A DNA stretch of 63,876 bases, filler included, from Octopus bimaculoides (GCF_001194135.2; 4 parts of 4 records of this genome joined end to end with filler, not necessarily neighbours in it), one strand, 5' to 3'; positions 24,624 to 39,619 are shown, numbered from the whole stretch's first letter. Program-made: numbers and translations. Notes: generated by a model from the letters alone, not told the origin.

Positions 24624-25784
24624 CAGAGAGAGACAGAGAGAGAGAGAGAGAGAGCATGTGTGTGTGCGTGCGAATATATGTAAATATATTATTATCGTAA
24701 ATATGGGGGTAATAAATTAAAATAATTTATTCTCAGTGATTAGCATCCATAAATAAAAGTTATAGGACAATGGGGGGGGGCAAACACACACATAGGACAC
24801 CATATATAGGACACATATAAGTATTGTTATGCTATATGTTTACGCTTGTGTACTAAGTTTGAATCCATAATGGATATAGATGTAGCTGTCTTGCGCAGCT
24901 GTTTTCGGTACGTAATTGCAATTGCAAAATTATTCATTAATTAGCAATCTCACTGACTATCTACAGATTCAAAATAGTTTATTTGGCAATTAATAGAGAA
25001 ACTTGAGTTCAGGCTTAACTAATTTACTTTTTGTTCGTTCTGGCGTTATAACAGAGTGCCTTATGATTTTTTTTTTCGTGGTTTGGGTTTTAGCTGCCTT
25101 TCTAGCATGTAAGGAGTGCTGTCAAAGGTCTTCTCTCTGCGTATAAAAATATTTTATACACTTTATATTTCTAAATATATGTAAATGCATATGAATANNN
25201 NNNNNNNNNNNNNNNNNNNNNNNNNNNNNNNNNNNNNNNNNNNNNNNNNNNNNNNNNNNNNNNNNNNNNNNNNNNNNNNNNNNNNNNNNNNNNNNNNNNN
25301 NNNNNNNNNNNNNNNNNNNNNNNNNNNNNNNNNNNNNNNNNNNNNNNNNNNNNNNNNNNNNNNNNNNNNNNNNNNNNNNNNNNNNNNNNNNNNNNNNNNN
25401 NNNNNNNNNNNNNNNNNNNNNNNNNNNNNNNNNNNNNNNNNNNNNNNNNNNNNNNNNNNNNNNNNNNNNNNNNNNNNNNNNNNNNNNNNNNNNNNNNNNN
25501 NNNNNNNNNNNNNNNNNNNNNNNNNNNNNNNNNNNNNNNNNNNNNNNNNNNNNNNNNNNNNNNNNNNNNNNNNNNNNNNNNNNNNNNNNNNNNNNNNNNN
25601 AACGGTTCGGCAAATTATGTATCAATATAATAATTACCATGCCTAAAGAAAAACAAAATAAGTACAAAAGTCAATTTTTTTCAATTAAACCCTTAAAAGC
25701 GATGCCCCAGCACGGCCGCAGTCTAATGCATGAAACAAAGAAAAAAATAAACAATAAAATTATTATTTCTTTCACTTTCCATTT

Positions 25785-25833
25785 AGGCGCAGGAGTGACT
25801 GTGTGGTAAGAAGCTTTCATCCCAACTACATGT
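25785..25833 (+). mobile_element. SINE family A, head fragment (a tail fragment lies at 25694-25752)
   Basis: GGCGCAGGAGTGACTGTGTGGTAAGAAGCTT. Confidence 0.8.
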
Positions 25834-25835
25834 AA

Positions 25836-26040
25836 GCTGATCAATGACTGAGCTTGTAAGGGCAGATCTTCCTTGAGTGGATCCTTAAATGGCTGGCTGG
25901 TCCGGTATCATAGTTAGAAGTTTGTCCAATGTATTGTTGTTGTTTTTCTTGTTCTTTGGGGGATTTTATTATTGTTTCAGTAGAGGTTCCTTCTATGTAT
26001 CTCAGTTCTTTAGGCAGGCAGTTAAAAGTATTCATATATA
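25836..26040 (-). mobile_element. CR1/L2-like LINE 3' end
   Basis: Minus-strand FNCLPKELR..LDKLLTMIPDQP..S.IDQ resembles the LFNxLPxxIR..LDKxLxxIPDQP C-terminus. Confidence 0.7.
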
Positions 26041-27013
26041 ATCGTTAAACTTTAAACCAAAAATGTTAAAATTCATTTTTATCAAGAATTTTTTTATGTT
26101 TAGCCCCAGGTTAAGCATAATGCAGAACACCTATGATCAAAGGTAACCCATCTTTATCCATCGTGTTTTTTCATTTCATACGTAGTGTATCTATGACAAC
26201 GCTATCTAATATATTCCGTCGCTATTCACTTGATACAGATAACTTTGAAAGAGGTTTGGTTGCTAAAAGTGTTTCATCATTGGTTTTTGTTCGTATTATT
26301 TTAACTCTTAATTCATTTTTGAATAATTTGGTATTTACTTCACTATAGTCATCAATGTTACTTTTGTGGTCTTGCTTTGTAATATTTGAAAATTCTGTCT
26401 GCAACTGTTATATCCATTCTCCAACATTAATGCTTTCTCTAACCCTTATTGTTCTAATTTACTGCCAACTGGGACTTCCTTTCTGCATGTTACTACGCAA
26501 TGTTTAGTTGATGATATAATTATATCTTGTTATTCATAAATATTCTTCTTTTGTTTAAACTGTTTTATCATTTCGCTTCTCTTATAAAAATGGAATATGT
26601 TTTCCTTGTTTGCATTCTATCAATTTTATAAATCACTTTTTTAATATTTTTGTTGATGTTTCAAACATAATACACACACACACACACAACAAACACACAT
26701 ACACACACACATGTAATATATACGTATGTATGTGTGTATATATTTTCATGTAGAAATGCATGTATGCGTCTCTACGCACACATTCTCATACGCACATGCA
26801 CATAGCTTTAACAAAACCAATATATATATATATATATATATANNNNNNNNNNNNNNNNNNNNNNNNNNNNNNNNNNNNNNNNNNNNNNNNNNNNNNNNNN
26901 NNNNNNNNNNNNNNNNNNNNNNNNNNNNNNNNNNNNNNNNNNNNNNNNNNNNNNNNNNNNNNNNNNNNNNNNNNNNNNNNNNNNACACACTCATATATAC
27001 ATACATACATACA

Positions 27014-27050
<37 letters not shown>

Positions 27051-27307
27051 GTGAGTGGATTTGATAGACAGAAACTGAAAGAAGCCCGTCGTATATATGT
27101 ATATATGTGTATATGTATGTGTGTGTATGTGTTTGTGTGTCTGTGTTTGTCCCCCCAACATCGCTCGACAACCGATGCTGGTGTGTTTACGTCTCCCGTA
27201 ACTTAGCGGTTCGCCAAAAGAGACCGATAGAATAAGTACTAGGCTTACAAAAGATAAGTCCTGGGGTCGATTTGCTCGACTGAAGGTGGTGCTCCAGCAT
27301 GGCCACA
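27051..27307 (+). mobile_element. SINE family A, 5'-truncated
   Basis: GTGAGTGGATTTG..GAAACTGAAAGAAGCCCGTCG...GGTGCTCCAGCATGGCCACAG. Confidence 0.9.
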
Positions 27308-27309
27308 GA

Positions 27310-28255
27310 AGGGAAAGGATCCATGGTGGAGTTTGCTGTATACATCCGTGAGGACCTCACACCCCAGGTCCTACTGTCATAATCAAAGTCAGTATGTGAC
27401 ACTCAAGTTGTATACAGAAGACAACACAATATAGCCATATGCAATACATATCGCCCAACGGATGCTTCAACCATACATGCAACTTTGAAGGTTACCTCAC
27501 AAGAATTTATAAACCCTCATGAAACTGGAACACCACGTGAGTGTGTTTCTTATGAGTGATTTTAGCTTCCCCGGTGTCAAATGGCTCGAGGGCCTCACGC
27601 CCTCAGGAATGACACATTGAAAACAAGTACAGGTGGAGTCCCTGCTCAAGCTCATCAATGCCCTATTCATGGAGTAAACTGTGCTTCGACCAACTAGGTC
27701 GAATAACATATTGAATCTCTGCTTCACAAACAATATGAACATAGTTCATATGGTGAATGTAACGCCGACCTTAGTTTTGGATCACAACATAATAGAGCTA
27801 TGTATGGACCAAAAGTAGCCGAAGATATACAGCCTAAAGGAAGCACCCAAAATCTCTCCAATCTGAACTTCCACAGAGCAGACTGGAAATCGATCCAAAA
27901 AGAGATCCTCGGACAGGACTCGCCGAAATGTCTTTCCACACCAGACATTGGCATTAAACTAGAATATTTCATGTCTGTTATGCAAACTATATGCCAGAAA
28001 TATGCCCCAGACCACAAGGCCAACACAAAAAGGAACAAGATTCCAAGAGAAAGGAAGATTCTCATGAGGTGATGGATATAGGTTGCAAATTGCTTCAACC
28101 AACATCCCAAAAGTAGTGAAAGATCCCACCTAAAATCAATACTGATGGAGATTGAGAAAAAACCTGCAATAATCGTAAGTGGGTTATTGAAACTTTGCCG
28201 CATTTTGCTATTGAATATGTGATGCATAAGCTGCTCTAAATTAGCAGAGTTGACG
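27310..28255 (+). mobile_element. CR1/L2-like LINE fragment with degenerate APE endonuclease
   Basis: GGVAVYIRE; TYRP; SDFSFPGVKW; PTRSNNILNLCFTNN; DHNIIEL; LNFHRADWKSI. These are APE-type motifs interrupted by stops and frameshifts. Confidence 0.85.
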
Positions 28256-28298
28256 TAGGATACCTTCACGGTGTGTCAATTAAAAATAGTATGATACT

Positions 28299-28374
<76 letters not shown>

Positions 28375-29142
28375 ATAACTTACATCTCTCTAGTACACTT
28401 AAATAGAACCTTAGTTCCTCAAATCTCAATAGTTAATCTTCGTATTAAGGCATTAAATTATCGTAATCTGATGCATCAACTCACTGTGTATTACAATATT
28501 AATGCTCCATTAGAATTTCTTATGGCAGCAACAATCATATGTCTTTAAGTATTTATTCACAAATCGATGAGAGAAAAAAAGATTCAAAACTTTCTTAAAA
28601 CCTGTGTTGATATATCAAATATCTTTTGCTTAAAATCTCTAAATACGACTGCAGTGATAAAAAGTCAATAGTAGCAAAAGACTTATCTAGTGAGTCAGGA
28701 GAGGAGGACCTACATTTCGGGCGGGTTTTAGCTGTCAAATCGAAATTCATTAGCGTCCTCGTGAAAGCAGCTCACAAGATAGAGTGATAAACTGATATTT
28801 CTTCAAATAAATACAATACAGAAGGCGGAACACTTGTAAAAATTATTAAGAGAGTCGGAATATTTCTCCTATTCTATCATAGGTTGGTTATATTGCAAAT
28901 AGCTCTGTATTATAAGCTGAAACTATAAAGATTGACAGTAAAGTGGCAAAGGTTAATCCATGCGTAAAGAATTTATAACTCGATGTCAGATAAAGTTATA
29001 TTTCTGAGTTAATTTTTTTATAGTAATCAACTAAGTTCATTTAAAGTCGTTTAGTGGTAATCATTATGGTCTCAGAGTTTTATGTAAAACTATTTTCAAG
29101 GTAGACTGGCTTTGATTGAGTAAAAGAAAATTGTATGTGTAT

Positions 29143-29197
<55 letters not shown>

Positions 29198-29316
29198 TAA
29201 TAGGTATATATAAATATATATATATATTTCACAATATATATAAATATAGATGCGTGTATATATATATATATATACACTTATATGTCTATATATATATAAG
29301 TATATTTTTATTAATT

Positions 29317-29402
29317 AAGGCGGCGAGCTGGCAGAAACTATAGCACGCCGGGCGAAATGGTTAGCGGTATTTCGTCTGCCGTTACGTTCTCAGTTCAAAT
29401 TT
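29317..29402 (+). mobile_element. SINE family B, head
   Basis: GGCGGCGAGCTGGCAGAA..GCACGCCGGGCGAAATG.TTAGCGGTATTTCGTCTGCCGTTACGTTCT.AGTTCAAAT. Confidence 0.88.
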
Positions 29403-29497
29403 TCTTCTGTGGGAACCTCTAATTAATCCTTTGACTGACTAAAATTAGCAGCGAAATATTCCTGAATGCGTACTCTACTATGTTAAAAATGCTAGTA

Positions 29498-29818
29498 CAG
29501 TGGAACTTCGGTTTATGAATTTAATTCGTTCCTGAAGGCTGTTCGCCATTCGAAATGTTTTTAATCCGAAACTTTTTCCATAGGAAATTCAAGAAATGGT
29601 ACAACGAATTCGAACAGGTATTTGCACTGAGCGAAAGCCAGACAGCAACTGACGCTTATTCACCGATACTCCTAGCTTGTCGCCTACTGTTCATGTCTGC
29701 TTGCGTGTTCGTTTCTTCAGAAACCGTTCGTCATCCGAGACGGTTTTGTTCGATAAATTAATTGTTCATAAACCGATTTGTTCGTGATGGGAGGCGTTCG
29801 TAAACGCAAGTTCTAGTG
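29498..29818. mobile_element. Tigger/pogo-type MITE, about 320 bp
   Basis: Imperfect TIRs CAGTGGAACTTCGGTTTATGAA / TTCGTAAACGCAAGTTCTAGTG, with TA on both sides. Confidence 0.75.
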
Positions 29819-30370
29819 TACATGCTTGATAGTATAGTTATGAATACATAATGTATGAAAATTAAAGACATTGTAGAAATAAATGCAATGCATTTTTCAT
29901 ATATAATTGAATGCTATATCAGGCTCGTACTGGGGTTAAACAAATACCTCAAATAGAATTGAAGTTTAATGTATAGGGGCTTCAAGATGATATTTTTGAA
30001 CTACATTCCCACGGTATGAAGTTTCTAATTCTTCTCTTTTGAATATAAGACTTTTCATAATCAGTGAGTAATATCCTCAAATAACTTTTATATATTCTAA
30101 TTGAAAATAATTGGACCTATTCTTTTGTGTACCCAGCTTTAGGATATGTTAAGTTACTCGTTCAATCACTAACTATAAATTTTTAACCTTTCTACAACCA
30201 CTACCGTTCTAACTTCTGGTTAAACAAAAATGTGAGCACAAACCCACACACACACACACATACACATACATGTGTGTTGATGTGTGTGCGTGTGGGGGGG
30301 TGGATACACGTATGTAGATAGACATACATAAAATGCATATGTATATCTATACATATATATNNNNNNNNNN

Positions 30371-30411
<41 letters not shown>

Positions 30412-31020
30412 CAGACAGAGACAGACAAACCGACAAAAAGACAGACGCATGCAGACATACATTTTGAAGATATGTATGCATGTATGTGTGTGCTTGTTTA
30501 TGTATTCAGATGTGTCTGTATCACAAGTATGTATGAATGTATATGGTTAGATTCTTATATCTCAGTTTAAAAACACGATTACGAATTAAGAAAATTGTCA
30601 TACAACCTGGGGTTAGTGAAATGCCAACAAAAGAAAATGTCAAAAAAAGTTCTTACACTGGATATCAGGGTAGGATTTTTAAAAGAGAACATATCTAAAT
30701 TATAGATTATTACAAGAAAGATGACTAGCGGTACATGTCAGGATAAAGTAAGTACAATTTTATCTAAAATGTACATTATTACAATTTCATTTGGCTAAGT
30801 TAAAGTTAAAAGGAAATAAATTTATTTTATGCGTACATGGAAATGACAAAATATGCTAAAACTTTTATCATGTAGGAGGTTTAACCAATTTTTAGCAACT
30901 TCAACAAGATTTATGATTTCTTTAGCTTTTGCAAGTGATTAATTGAACGCGTTATGTAAAGGCTGGAAAATATATACGAATGATGTTGGCTTTAAAAGTA
31001 ACATTATGAGAAAGTAAATC

Positions 31021-31054
<34 letters not shown>

Positions 31055-31898
31055 NNNNNNNNNNNNNNNNNNNNNNNNNNNNNNNNNNNNNNNNNNNNNN
31101 NNNNNNNNNNNNNNNNNNNNNNNNNNNNNNNNNNNNNNNNNNNNNNNNNNNNNNNNNNNNNNNNNNNNNNNNNNNNNNNNNNNNNNNNNNNNNNNNNNNN
31201 NNNNNNNNNNNNNNNNNNNNNNNNNNNNNNNNNNNNNNNNNNNNNNNNNNNNNNNNNNNNNNNNNNNNNNNNNNNNNNNNNNNNNNNNNNNNNNNNNNNN
31301 NNNNNNNNNNNNNNNNNNNNNNNNNNNNNNNNNNNNNNNNNNNNNNNNNNNNNNNNNNNNNNNNNNNNNNNNNNNNNNNNNNNNNNNNNNNNNNNNNNNN
31401 NNNNNNNNNNNNNNNNNNNNNNNNNNNNNNNNNNNNNNNNNNNNNNNNNNNNNNNNNNNNNNNNNNNNNNNNNNNNNNNNNNNNNNNNNNNNNNNNNNNN
31501 NNNNNNNNNNNNNNNNNNNNNNNNNNNNNNNNNNNNNNNNNNNNNNNNNNNNNNNNNNNNNNNNNNNNNNNNNNNNNNNNNNNNNNNNNNNNNNNNNNNN
31601 NNNNNNNNNNNNNNNNNNNNNNNNNNNNNNNNNNNNNNNNNNNNNNNNNNNNNNNNNNNNNNNNNNNNNNNNNNNNNNNNNNNNNNNNNNNNNNNNNNNN
31701 NNNNNNNNNNNNNNNNNNNNNNNNNNNNNNNNNNNNNNNNNNNNNNNNNNNNNNNNNNNNNNNNNNNNNNNNNNNNNNNNNNNNNNNNNNNNNNNNNNNN
31801 NNNNNNNNNNNNNNNNNNNNNNNNNNNNNNNNNNNNNNNNNNNNNNNNNNNNNNNNNNNNNNNNNNNNNNNNNNNNNNNNNNNNNNNNNNNNNNNNNN

Positions 31899-31935
<37 letters not shown>

Positions 31936-33249
31936 ATACGGCAAAAAGAAAATGGAGGGGATACAAAAATGACGTACATCAGCAGGTAGACATTCTATTA
32001 TGTCTATTTATTCCAAAACAAAAGGGAATATTATAAGAATACATACACATTCAGAGACTGTGTGCTACACAAATATATACTAGTAATACATAAAAGAGTA
32101 AAAGATTAAAAGATCAGTTCCTTACGCCGTTTCTGCCAAGAGGCCACGATATCTTCCATGCTAGCTCCATCTCTTCAGTGTTCTGTAGGGATGGGTAGAT
32201 AGAGTTTGGATGTTGAGTGTGCCTTCAAGCCTTCCAAGATTCATGTTATTTTGTCCAGTGGTGGATAGGTAGGTATATTCGTTCTAAGGATGAGTTTTTA
32301 GGAAGGGTAAACTTAGGCAGTGGTTCTTATTTTGTTTGCATATAAATACACGTTATGTTTATGCTTACAGTGGTGGGTTTGAAAGTATGGTTTGAAAGTA
32401 ACGACACGCAGTCTGTGTCCATATATAGCATTTGCAAGGGAGGTCATCGCTCCCTTCTGATGACGGATAGCATCCCATCTCCAGCCTCACGTGATACTGA
32501 CAGACCTAGGTTTCTGGATGCTACCCGTCCTCAGTGTGAGGCAATCACCAGCTAGTGACGAAAGCTGTACATACACACGCACGTTTTGTGCATGGTCATG
32601 CTTTTTCGTTTAGTGTGTTGCACTGCAATCGAAACTGTTGGTGTTTTGTCTTAAATTATGCTTTGTTCATCATATATTCTACCGATTTATAACGCTCAAC
32701 ATTCTTCTTAATACTATTATTACTTACATTATATAAACATGTTTTAATCGTATTTCAACTTGATTACTGCTTGCTTTGTCTATTTATTGGATTTTTTTTT
32801 ACTATTTAGTTTTTAATATACAGTATTCTAGTTTTCTACGTCATCCAGAAAATCTTTTTGTCTTGATTCGAAGACAATAAGTACGAAATTACCGTATCTA
32901 GTTAATATATAAGTTTGATCTGAGCAGACTGAACTACTGAGCACTAGAATTATAACCATACTTATTACATTAGAACATTTCGAAATTTTGTTAGACATTT
33001 ACAGCTTACCTATAATCACACTGGAAATGTATAACTGACATTGTAATTACGCTGATATCATTACCAGCTATCGGCAACAGAGTTGCGTTAATATTAAGAA
33101 AGGGTTATATATATGTGATTAATTTTGTTTTTCTTTTGTTTTGTTTTGTATGTGTATATGTGTTTTTCTTTACATAAGTTTACTATTTAGTTAGTACTTT
33201 CCTGTTGCCTTATATAATCTCACTCCCCCCCCTCTCTCTCTCTCTCTCC

Positions 33250-33290
<41 letters not shown>

Positions 33291-34058
33291 CACCCATGTA
33301 CCTCTTCCTTCAATAATATTTACGGATTGATTTTTTTATAAAATTATCTAGGTGTAGTAATCGATTAATACATTTGTGTGAGACAGAGGGAGAGAGAGGG
33401 GGACAGAGAGAAAGAGACAGAGAGAGAGTGCATTTGTGTATGTGTATGTGTGTGTGAATGAGAGAATGAGAGATTGTGTGTGCGTATATGTACGTTGTGT
33501 ATGTGTGCGCGCCTGTATGTATACCTGTGTTGTGTGTGTGCGTGTCTGTGTGTATGTGTGTGTGTATTTGTGTATATGTGAGTGTGTGTGCGTGTCTGTG
33601 TGTATGTGTGCGTGTATTTGTGTATATGTGTGTATGTGTGTGTATATTTGTGTATATGTGTGTATGTGTGTGTGTGTGTATTTGCATATATGTGTGTATG
33701 TGTGTGTGTCTATTTTGTNNNNNNNNNNNNNNNNNNNNNNNNNNNNNNNNNNNNNNNNNNNNNNNNNNNNNNNNNNNNNNNNNNNNNNNNNNNNNNNNNN
33801 NNNNNNNNNNNNNNNNNNNNNNNNNNNNNNNNNNNNNNNNNNNNNNNNNNNNNNNNNNNNNNNNNNNNNNNNNNNNNNNNNNNNNNNNNNNNNNNNNNNN
33901 NNNNNNNNNNNNNNNNNNNNNNNNNNNNNNNNNNNNNNNNNNNNNNNNNNNNNNNNNNNNNNNNNNNNNNNNNNNNNNNNNNNNNNNNNNNNNNNNNNNN
34001 NNNNNNNNNNNNNNNNNNNNNNNNNNNNNNNNNNNNNNNNNNNNNNNNNNNNNNNNNN

Positions 34059-34099
<41 letters not shown>

Positions 34100-34109
<10 letters not shown>

Positions 34110-34322
34110 CTTTGTGTCTGTGTTTGTCCACCCCTCATCACCGCTTGACAATCATTGTTGGTGTGTTTACGTCCCTGTAATCTAGTAGTTCGGCATAAGA
34201 GTCCGATAGAATAAGTACCAGGCTCAAAAAAAAATGTTTTGGGGTCGATTTGTTCGACTAAAATGTTGAGCTCCAGTATGGCCGCAGTCACATGATTGAA
34301 ACAAGGAATAGAATAAAAGAAT
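34100..34322 (+). mobile_element. SINE family A, 3' half
   Basis: GTGTTTGTCC..CGCTTGACAA..GTGTTTACGTCCC..GATAGAATAAGTACCAGG..CCAGTATGGCCGCAGTC. Confidence 0.88.
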
Positions 34323-34449
34323 ATATATAAACGTCTGTTGTGTGTTGTGTACCGTTACTAATAAATGCATTGTAAATAAACAACGATAGACAAAAACAAA
34401 AACGTACACATATGTTTATATGCGTGTTTGTGTTAATGTATATCATTCA

Positions 34450-34992
<543 letters not shown>

Positions 34993-35511
34993 TGTATGTA
35001 GCTTTAGTATGTATATGCATGTATGTATGTCATTGTTCAGTTTTATTTCATAATTTCTTGGCAATAGAGAAAGAGCATGTTTGTATGTATCTTCTGTATT
35101 TAATCATCTACAACCTTTAAAGAGCAAATATTTTTCGTCACGGCCACGACTTCTTCGAAAAATAACTAACAAACAGATATTTGAAAATCATGTTGAACAT
35201 CTTTCGTATTCTAATTGTATTTCTTCAAGAAATGCTTCCTTGGAATGTTATATATTGTTTTCTTCGTCTTTAAAATGTGATTATAACTGAAAGGCCGTGT
35301 AGGCGGGATATTCACTTCGATTGCAATTAACACCTGTGTAATGAAACCGTAGATTCCGTGTAAAAATTTAAATTGAAAATTTATTGTTTTCTTCAACCTA
35401 ACTTCATTTGCTTCTTTTACTTATTCAATGTAAGCATGTATCTGTATTTCCATATATTCACACAAACACACAAACACACACACACGAGCGCGCATATATA
35501 TGTATGTATGT

Positions 35512-35549
<38 letters not shown>

Positions 35550-35836
35550 NNNNNNNNNNNNNNNNNNNNNNNNNNNNNNNNNNNNNNNNNNNNNNNNNNN
35601 NNNNNNNNNNNNNNNNNNNNNNNNNNNNNNNNNNNNNNNNNNNNNNNNNNNNNNNNNNNNNNNNNNNNNNNNNNNNNNNNNNNNNNNNNNNNNNNNNNNN
35701 NNNNNNNNNNNNNNNNNNNNNNNNNNNNNNNNNNNNNNNNNNNNNNNNNNNNNNNNNNNNNNNNNNNNNNNNNNNNNNNNNNNNNNNNNNNNNNNNNNNN
35801 NNNNNNNNNNNNNNNNNNNNNNNNNNNNNNNNNNNN

Positions 35837-35877
<41 letters not shown>

Positions 35878-38507
35878 TTTGCTTCTTTATTCATTTAAAT
35901 TTAAAGATTCTGAAGTTTTTATTTCATTGCAGTTTCTTGCTATTTCAGTCACGAAATATTCACAAATCAGAAAATTCACAACTATCGGTTAAAGATTAAC
36001 TGAGGATTAAGAAAATAACTGATATATTGATGAAATGGAACGTGTTTGTTACGATAGACTCGAAAGAGAATTTCTCAATGAGCCGATAGTGATATTAAAT
36101 TACATTTATTGTTTAAGGGTAATTTTCTAGTATTTAAGCTGTAGTTACAATCTAATTAAATGTGATGGCTTCACAACCAAACATATCAATGAAGCCACAT
36201 ATTTGTGTGATATTAGATGTGTTACGCTTTTAACATATATCAATCAAATTGTAATATCATTAACCATATTTCCTTTAATAATCGTTCGAAGTTAATGAAA
36301 AGTTTGATTTGGAAGCTGTTGAATCAATAGAAGGTCGGATGGTTTCTCAGAAGAAATTGGAGATTTTGACATTTTCTCGCGCCATGTAGTCTAGATTTCA
36401 GAGATTTCGACATTTCTGGCGCCGTGTAGTGTCCATGGTCACAACGATAGCATCTGGAATCCAAAGAAAACCGTCGTAGGTCTGTGTCGGCAACAATTAA
36501 TCCTTAGGTGATGTTCAGTTCGATTACTATAAGAAATGCGGTATCTAGTTTTAGCGAGCTTTATCTTTCGTATGACAGTGAAATTATGATATGAATTGAT
36601 GTTGTCGTTAGAACTGTAGGCAAGAAAATGAGAGAAAACTTGAGAATGTGGAGAACGAAACTATGACAGTGTCAGAAGTTAGGAATGCGAGATTAAGAAA
36701 GATGAAGAAGCTAAGAATTGAAGAGAGATTATATACAACCAATACCTCGTTCAAGGCAAAAAAAGAGATGAGTTCGTAGAAAAACGGCAGTAATAAATGG
36801 AACATTTAAACATACTCGTCTATAAATGTATTGGTTTCAATTATAGTTATTACTCTTTGCTTGCAGTGCTAATTCCCTTCAGACTTTTCTTTTGTCTGTG
36901 TAAGAAATGAAACTTAACTACTTTCGAAAATTCGCGTCTCACTTTGCCTATCATGCGTGTNNNNNNNNNNNNNNNNNNNNNNNNNNNNNNNNNNNNNNNN
37001 NNNNNNNNNNNNNNNNNNNNNNNNNNNNNNNNNNNNNNNNNNNNNNNNNNNNNNNNNNNNNNNNNNNNNNNNNNNNNNNNNNNNNNNNNNNNNNNNNNNN
37101 NNNNNNNNNNNNNNNNNNNNNNNNNNNNNNNNNNNNNNNNNNNNNNNNNNNNNNNNNNNNNNNNNNNNNNNNNNNNNNNNNNNNNNNNNNNNNNNNNNNN
37201 NNNNNNNNNNNNNNNNNNNNNNNNNNNNNNNNNNNNNNNNNNNNNNNNNNNNNNNNNNNNNNNNNNNNNNNNNNNNNNNNNNNNNNNNNNNNNNNNNNNN
37301 NNNNNNNNNNNNNNNNNNNNNNNNNTTGCAGTGCTAATTCCCTTCAGACTTTTCTTTTGTCTGTGTAAGAAATGAAACTTAACTACTTTCGAAAATTCGC
37401 GTCTCACTTTGCCTATCATGCGTGTGATACATCGAAGAGCATAGCGAGCAGTATACAAAGCAAATGCTGTGTCGAGAGGTAAAAGTAGACTTGTCTTGCC
37501 AATGGTTATATCTTATTAACCTGCTTATTACATAACATCAGCTAGCACTCAACTGAAATATATTACACGTCAAATCTCTTGAATGAATTATTGTGATATG
37601 AATTTTAATTTTCCAAGCTATTAAATTGTGGTTAATTGTTCGAATAATTTAGACAATTAAATGTGTCACTTTTTGTCTTGTTTTTTAGAAAGAAAATATT
37701 TTAGAAAATAAAAATGGAATACCGAGATGTCTGTAGCATTTATAAGATAGATCAATTCAGTCAGTAAAATTAATAGACTATAAACACTTCTGCTTTATAT
37801 ATCAGAGAACGTGAATCCTTTCTAACCCACACGGACATCTGAGTTTACACACGGACAGTTTTTTAGAACTCTACACTTTGAGCACATGGATGCAGAGTAT
37901 TTCGAAGGAGAAGTTGGGTAAGGGTCATGCGGTGCCCTGTAAAAACTCAGGTCACGATTTCTCACCAACATGTGAGCGGATTACTCTTACTTTCATTTAT
38001 ATCCCTTTTTATTTACATATGTATATATTTAATTATGAATGCGTGTGTGTGTATTTTAATTATGTATGTATGCGTGCGTATGTATGTATTTTATTTTAAT
38101 CATATATGTATATATATGTGTGTGTGCGTATGTGTGTGTATTTTATATATGTATACATATATGTTTATATATATACGTTCTCTATTTTAATTATATATAT
38201 ATATATATATNNNNNNNNNNNNNNNNNNNNNNNNNNNNNNNNNNNNNNNNNNNNNNNNNNNNNNNNNNNNNNNNNNNNNNNNNNNNNNNNNNNNNNNNNN
38301 NNNNNNNNNNNNNNNNNNNNNNNNNNNNNNNNNNNNNNNNNNNNNNNNNNNNNNNNNNNNNNNNNNNNNNNNNNNNNNNNNNNNNATATTTTTTTCACCA
38401 AAACTTTGGCAAAAGAATATAGACATGTCTCAATTTCATTATTATTATTATTATTGTTGTTGTAATAAAGTATTTTCAACGGATCAGTTTTGAGCTCTAT
38501 TTAAAGT

Positions 38508-38543
<36 letters not shown>

Positions 38544-38554
38544 CTTAACTGTAT

Positions 38555-38775
38555 ATATTGGCTTCAAATTTTGGCACAAGGCCAACAAGTTCGGGGGAGG
38601 GATTAAATCGATTACATTAATACCAGTGCTCATGTGGCACTTATGTTATCGACCCTGAAAGGATGAAAGACAATGTCCACCTTGGTGGAACTTGAACTCA
38701 GAACGTAAAGACGGGCGAAATGCCGCTAAGCATTTTGTCAGATGCGGTAACGATTCTTCAAGCTAGCCACCTTAT
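38555..38775 (-). mobile_element. SINE family B, full length
   Basis: TTTTGGCACAAGGCC..ATCGACCCTGAAAGGATGAAAG..GAACTCAGAACGTAAAG..GCCGCTAAGCATTT. Confidence 0.9.
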
Positions 38776-38909
38776 TTATCTGTATATATTAACCATTTTA
38801 ATGTGTAGCAATATATTGTATAACGTCGCCACGCCACCCTTAGCATTTATATGACTATGTCTGTGTATCCCCTCATGTTTCTTTATCCCTATTGAAACAA
38901 TATACATTA

Positions 38910-39070
38910 ATGGCGAACGTAAAACAAAAGAATTTGGCCGAATGGTTAGAAAGCAGTGCAAGTATATCTTGTAGTATCTATTCGGCTTTCTGAGTTCAAA
39001 TGACACTGATGCCATGCCCAGCTTTTATCTTTTGGGGGTCAATAAAAATGAATTACCACTCAATTACCTA
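38910..39070 (+). mobile_element. Diverged family-B-related SINE
   Basis: TGGCCGAATGGTTAG..TCTGAGTTCAAAT..TTTTATCTTTTGGGGGTCAATAAA. Confidence 0.5.
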
Positions 39071-39619
39071 GATCGATACGACCGTCTGTTTACGTCCTCT
39101 AAACTTTTATTTATTATTATTTACTTTTTGTAATTTAGTCGGATATTTGTGTCGAAATATTAACTCCCTGAGCAAAATATTAAACAAATTCGAATCGTGA
39201 AGCTTTCTCGAATCACCAGAAATAATTTTTAGTCTCTGAACTAGGAGAGTTACGATGAGGGAAGTTAAAGACAAATGCAGGAGAGAAATGGGGGAAGGAT
39301 AGAAAGTAGAGATTAAAGAGAAAGACTCACGTGAAAAGATGGAGAAATTTTGAATATGTCAAAGAAATTGTGAAGTATGCATATGTTATAGACAGAAAAA
39401 GTGTGAAATGTATGCGGTAGAGCAAGGAAGAGTAAAATATATGATAGAGAGAGGAACTGTATGTGTTTGAGAGGAAAAAAGTAAAGTGTGTAGATGACAG
39501 GGAGACAGAGAGAGATATGTGATGTGTGTATGCATGTTATAGAGAGCGAGGTACTGACCTATAGCAGTAGCAGAAAGAATGGGGTACATGATACAGAGAA
39601 ACCAAGTGAAGTGTATATG

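Noticed and set aside
32457-32480. CTGATGA-CGGATAGCATCC
   Set aside because: No GAAA follows the stem
36861-37425. Identical 100-bp sequence on both sides of a gap
   Set aside because: An exact 100-bp match at contig ends is typical of an overlap artefact; a true tandem array cannot be excluded, and it contains no ribozyme motif
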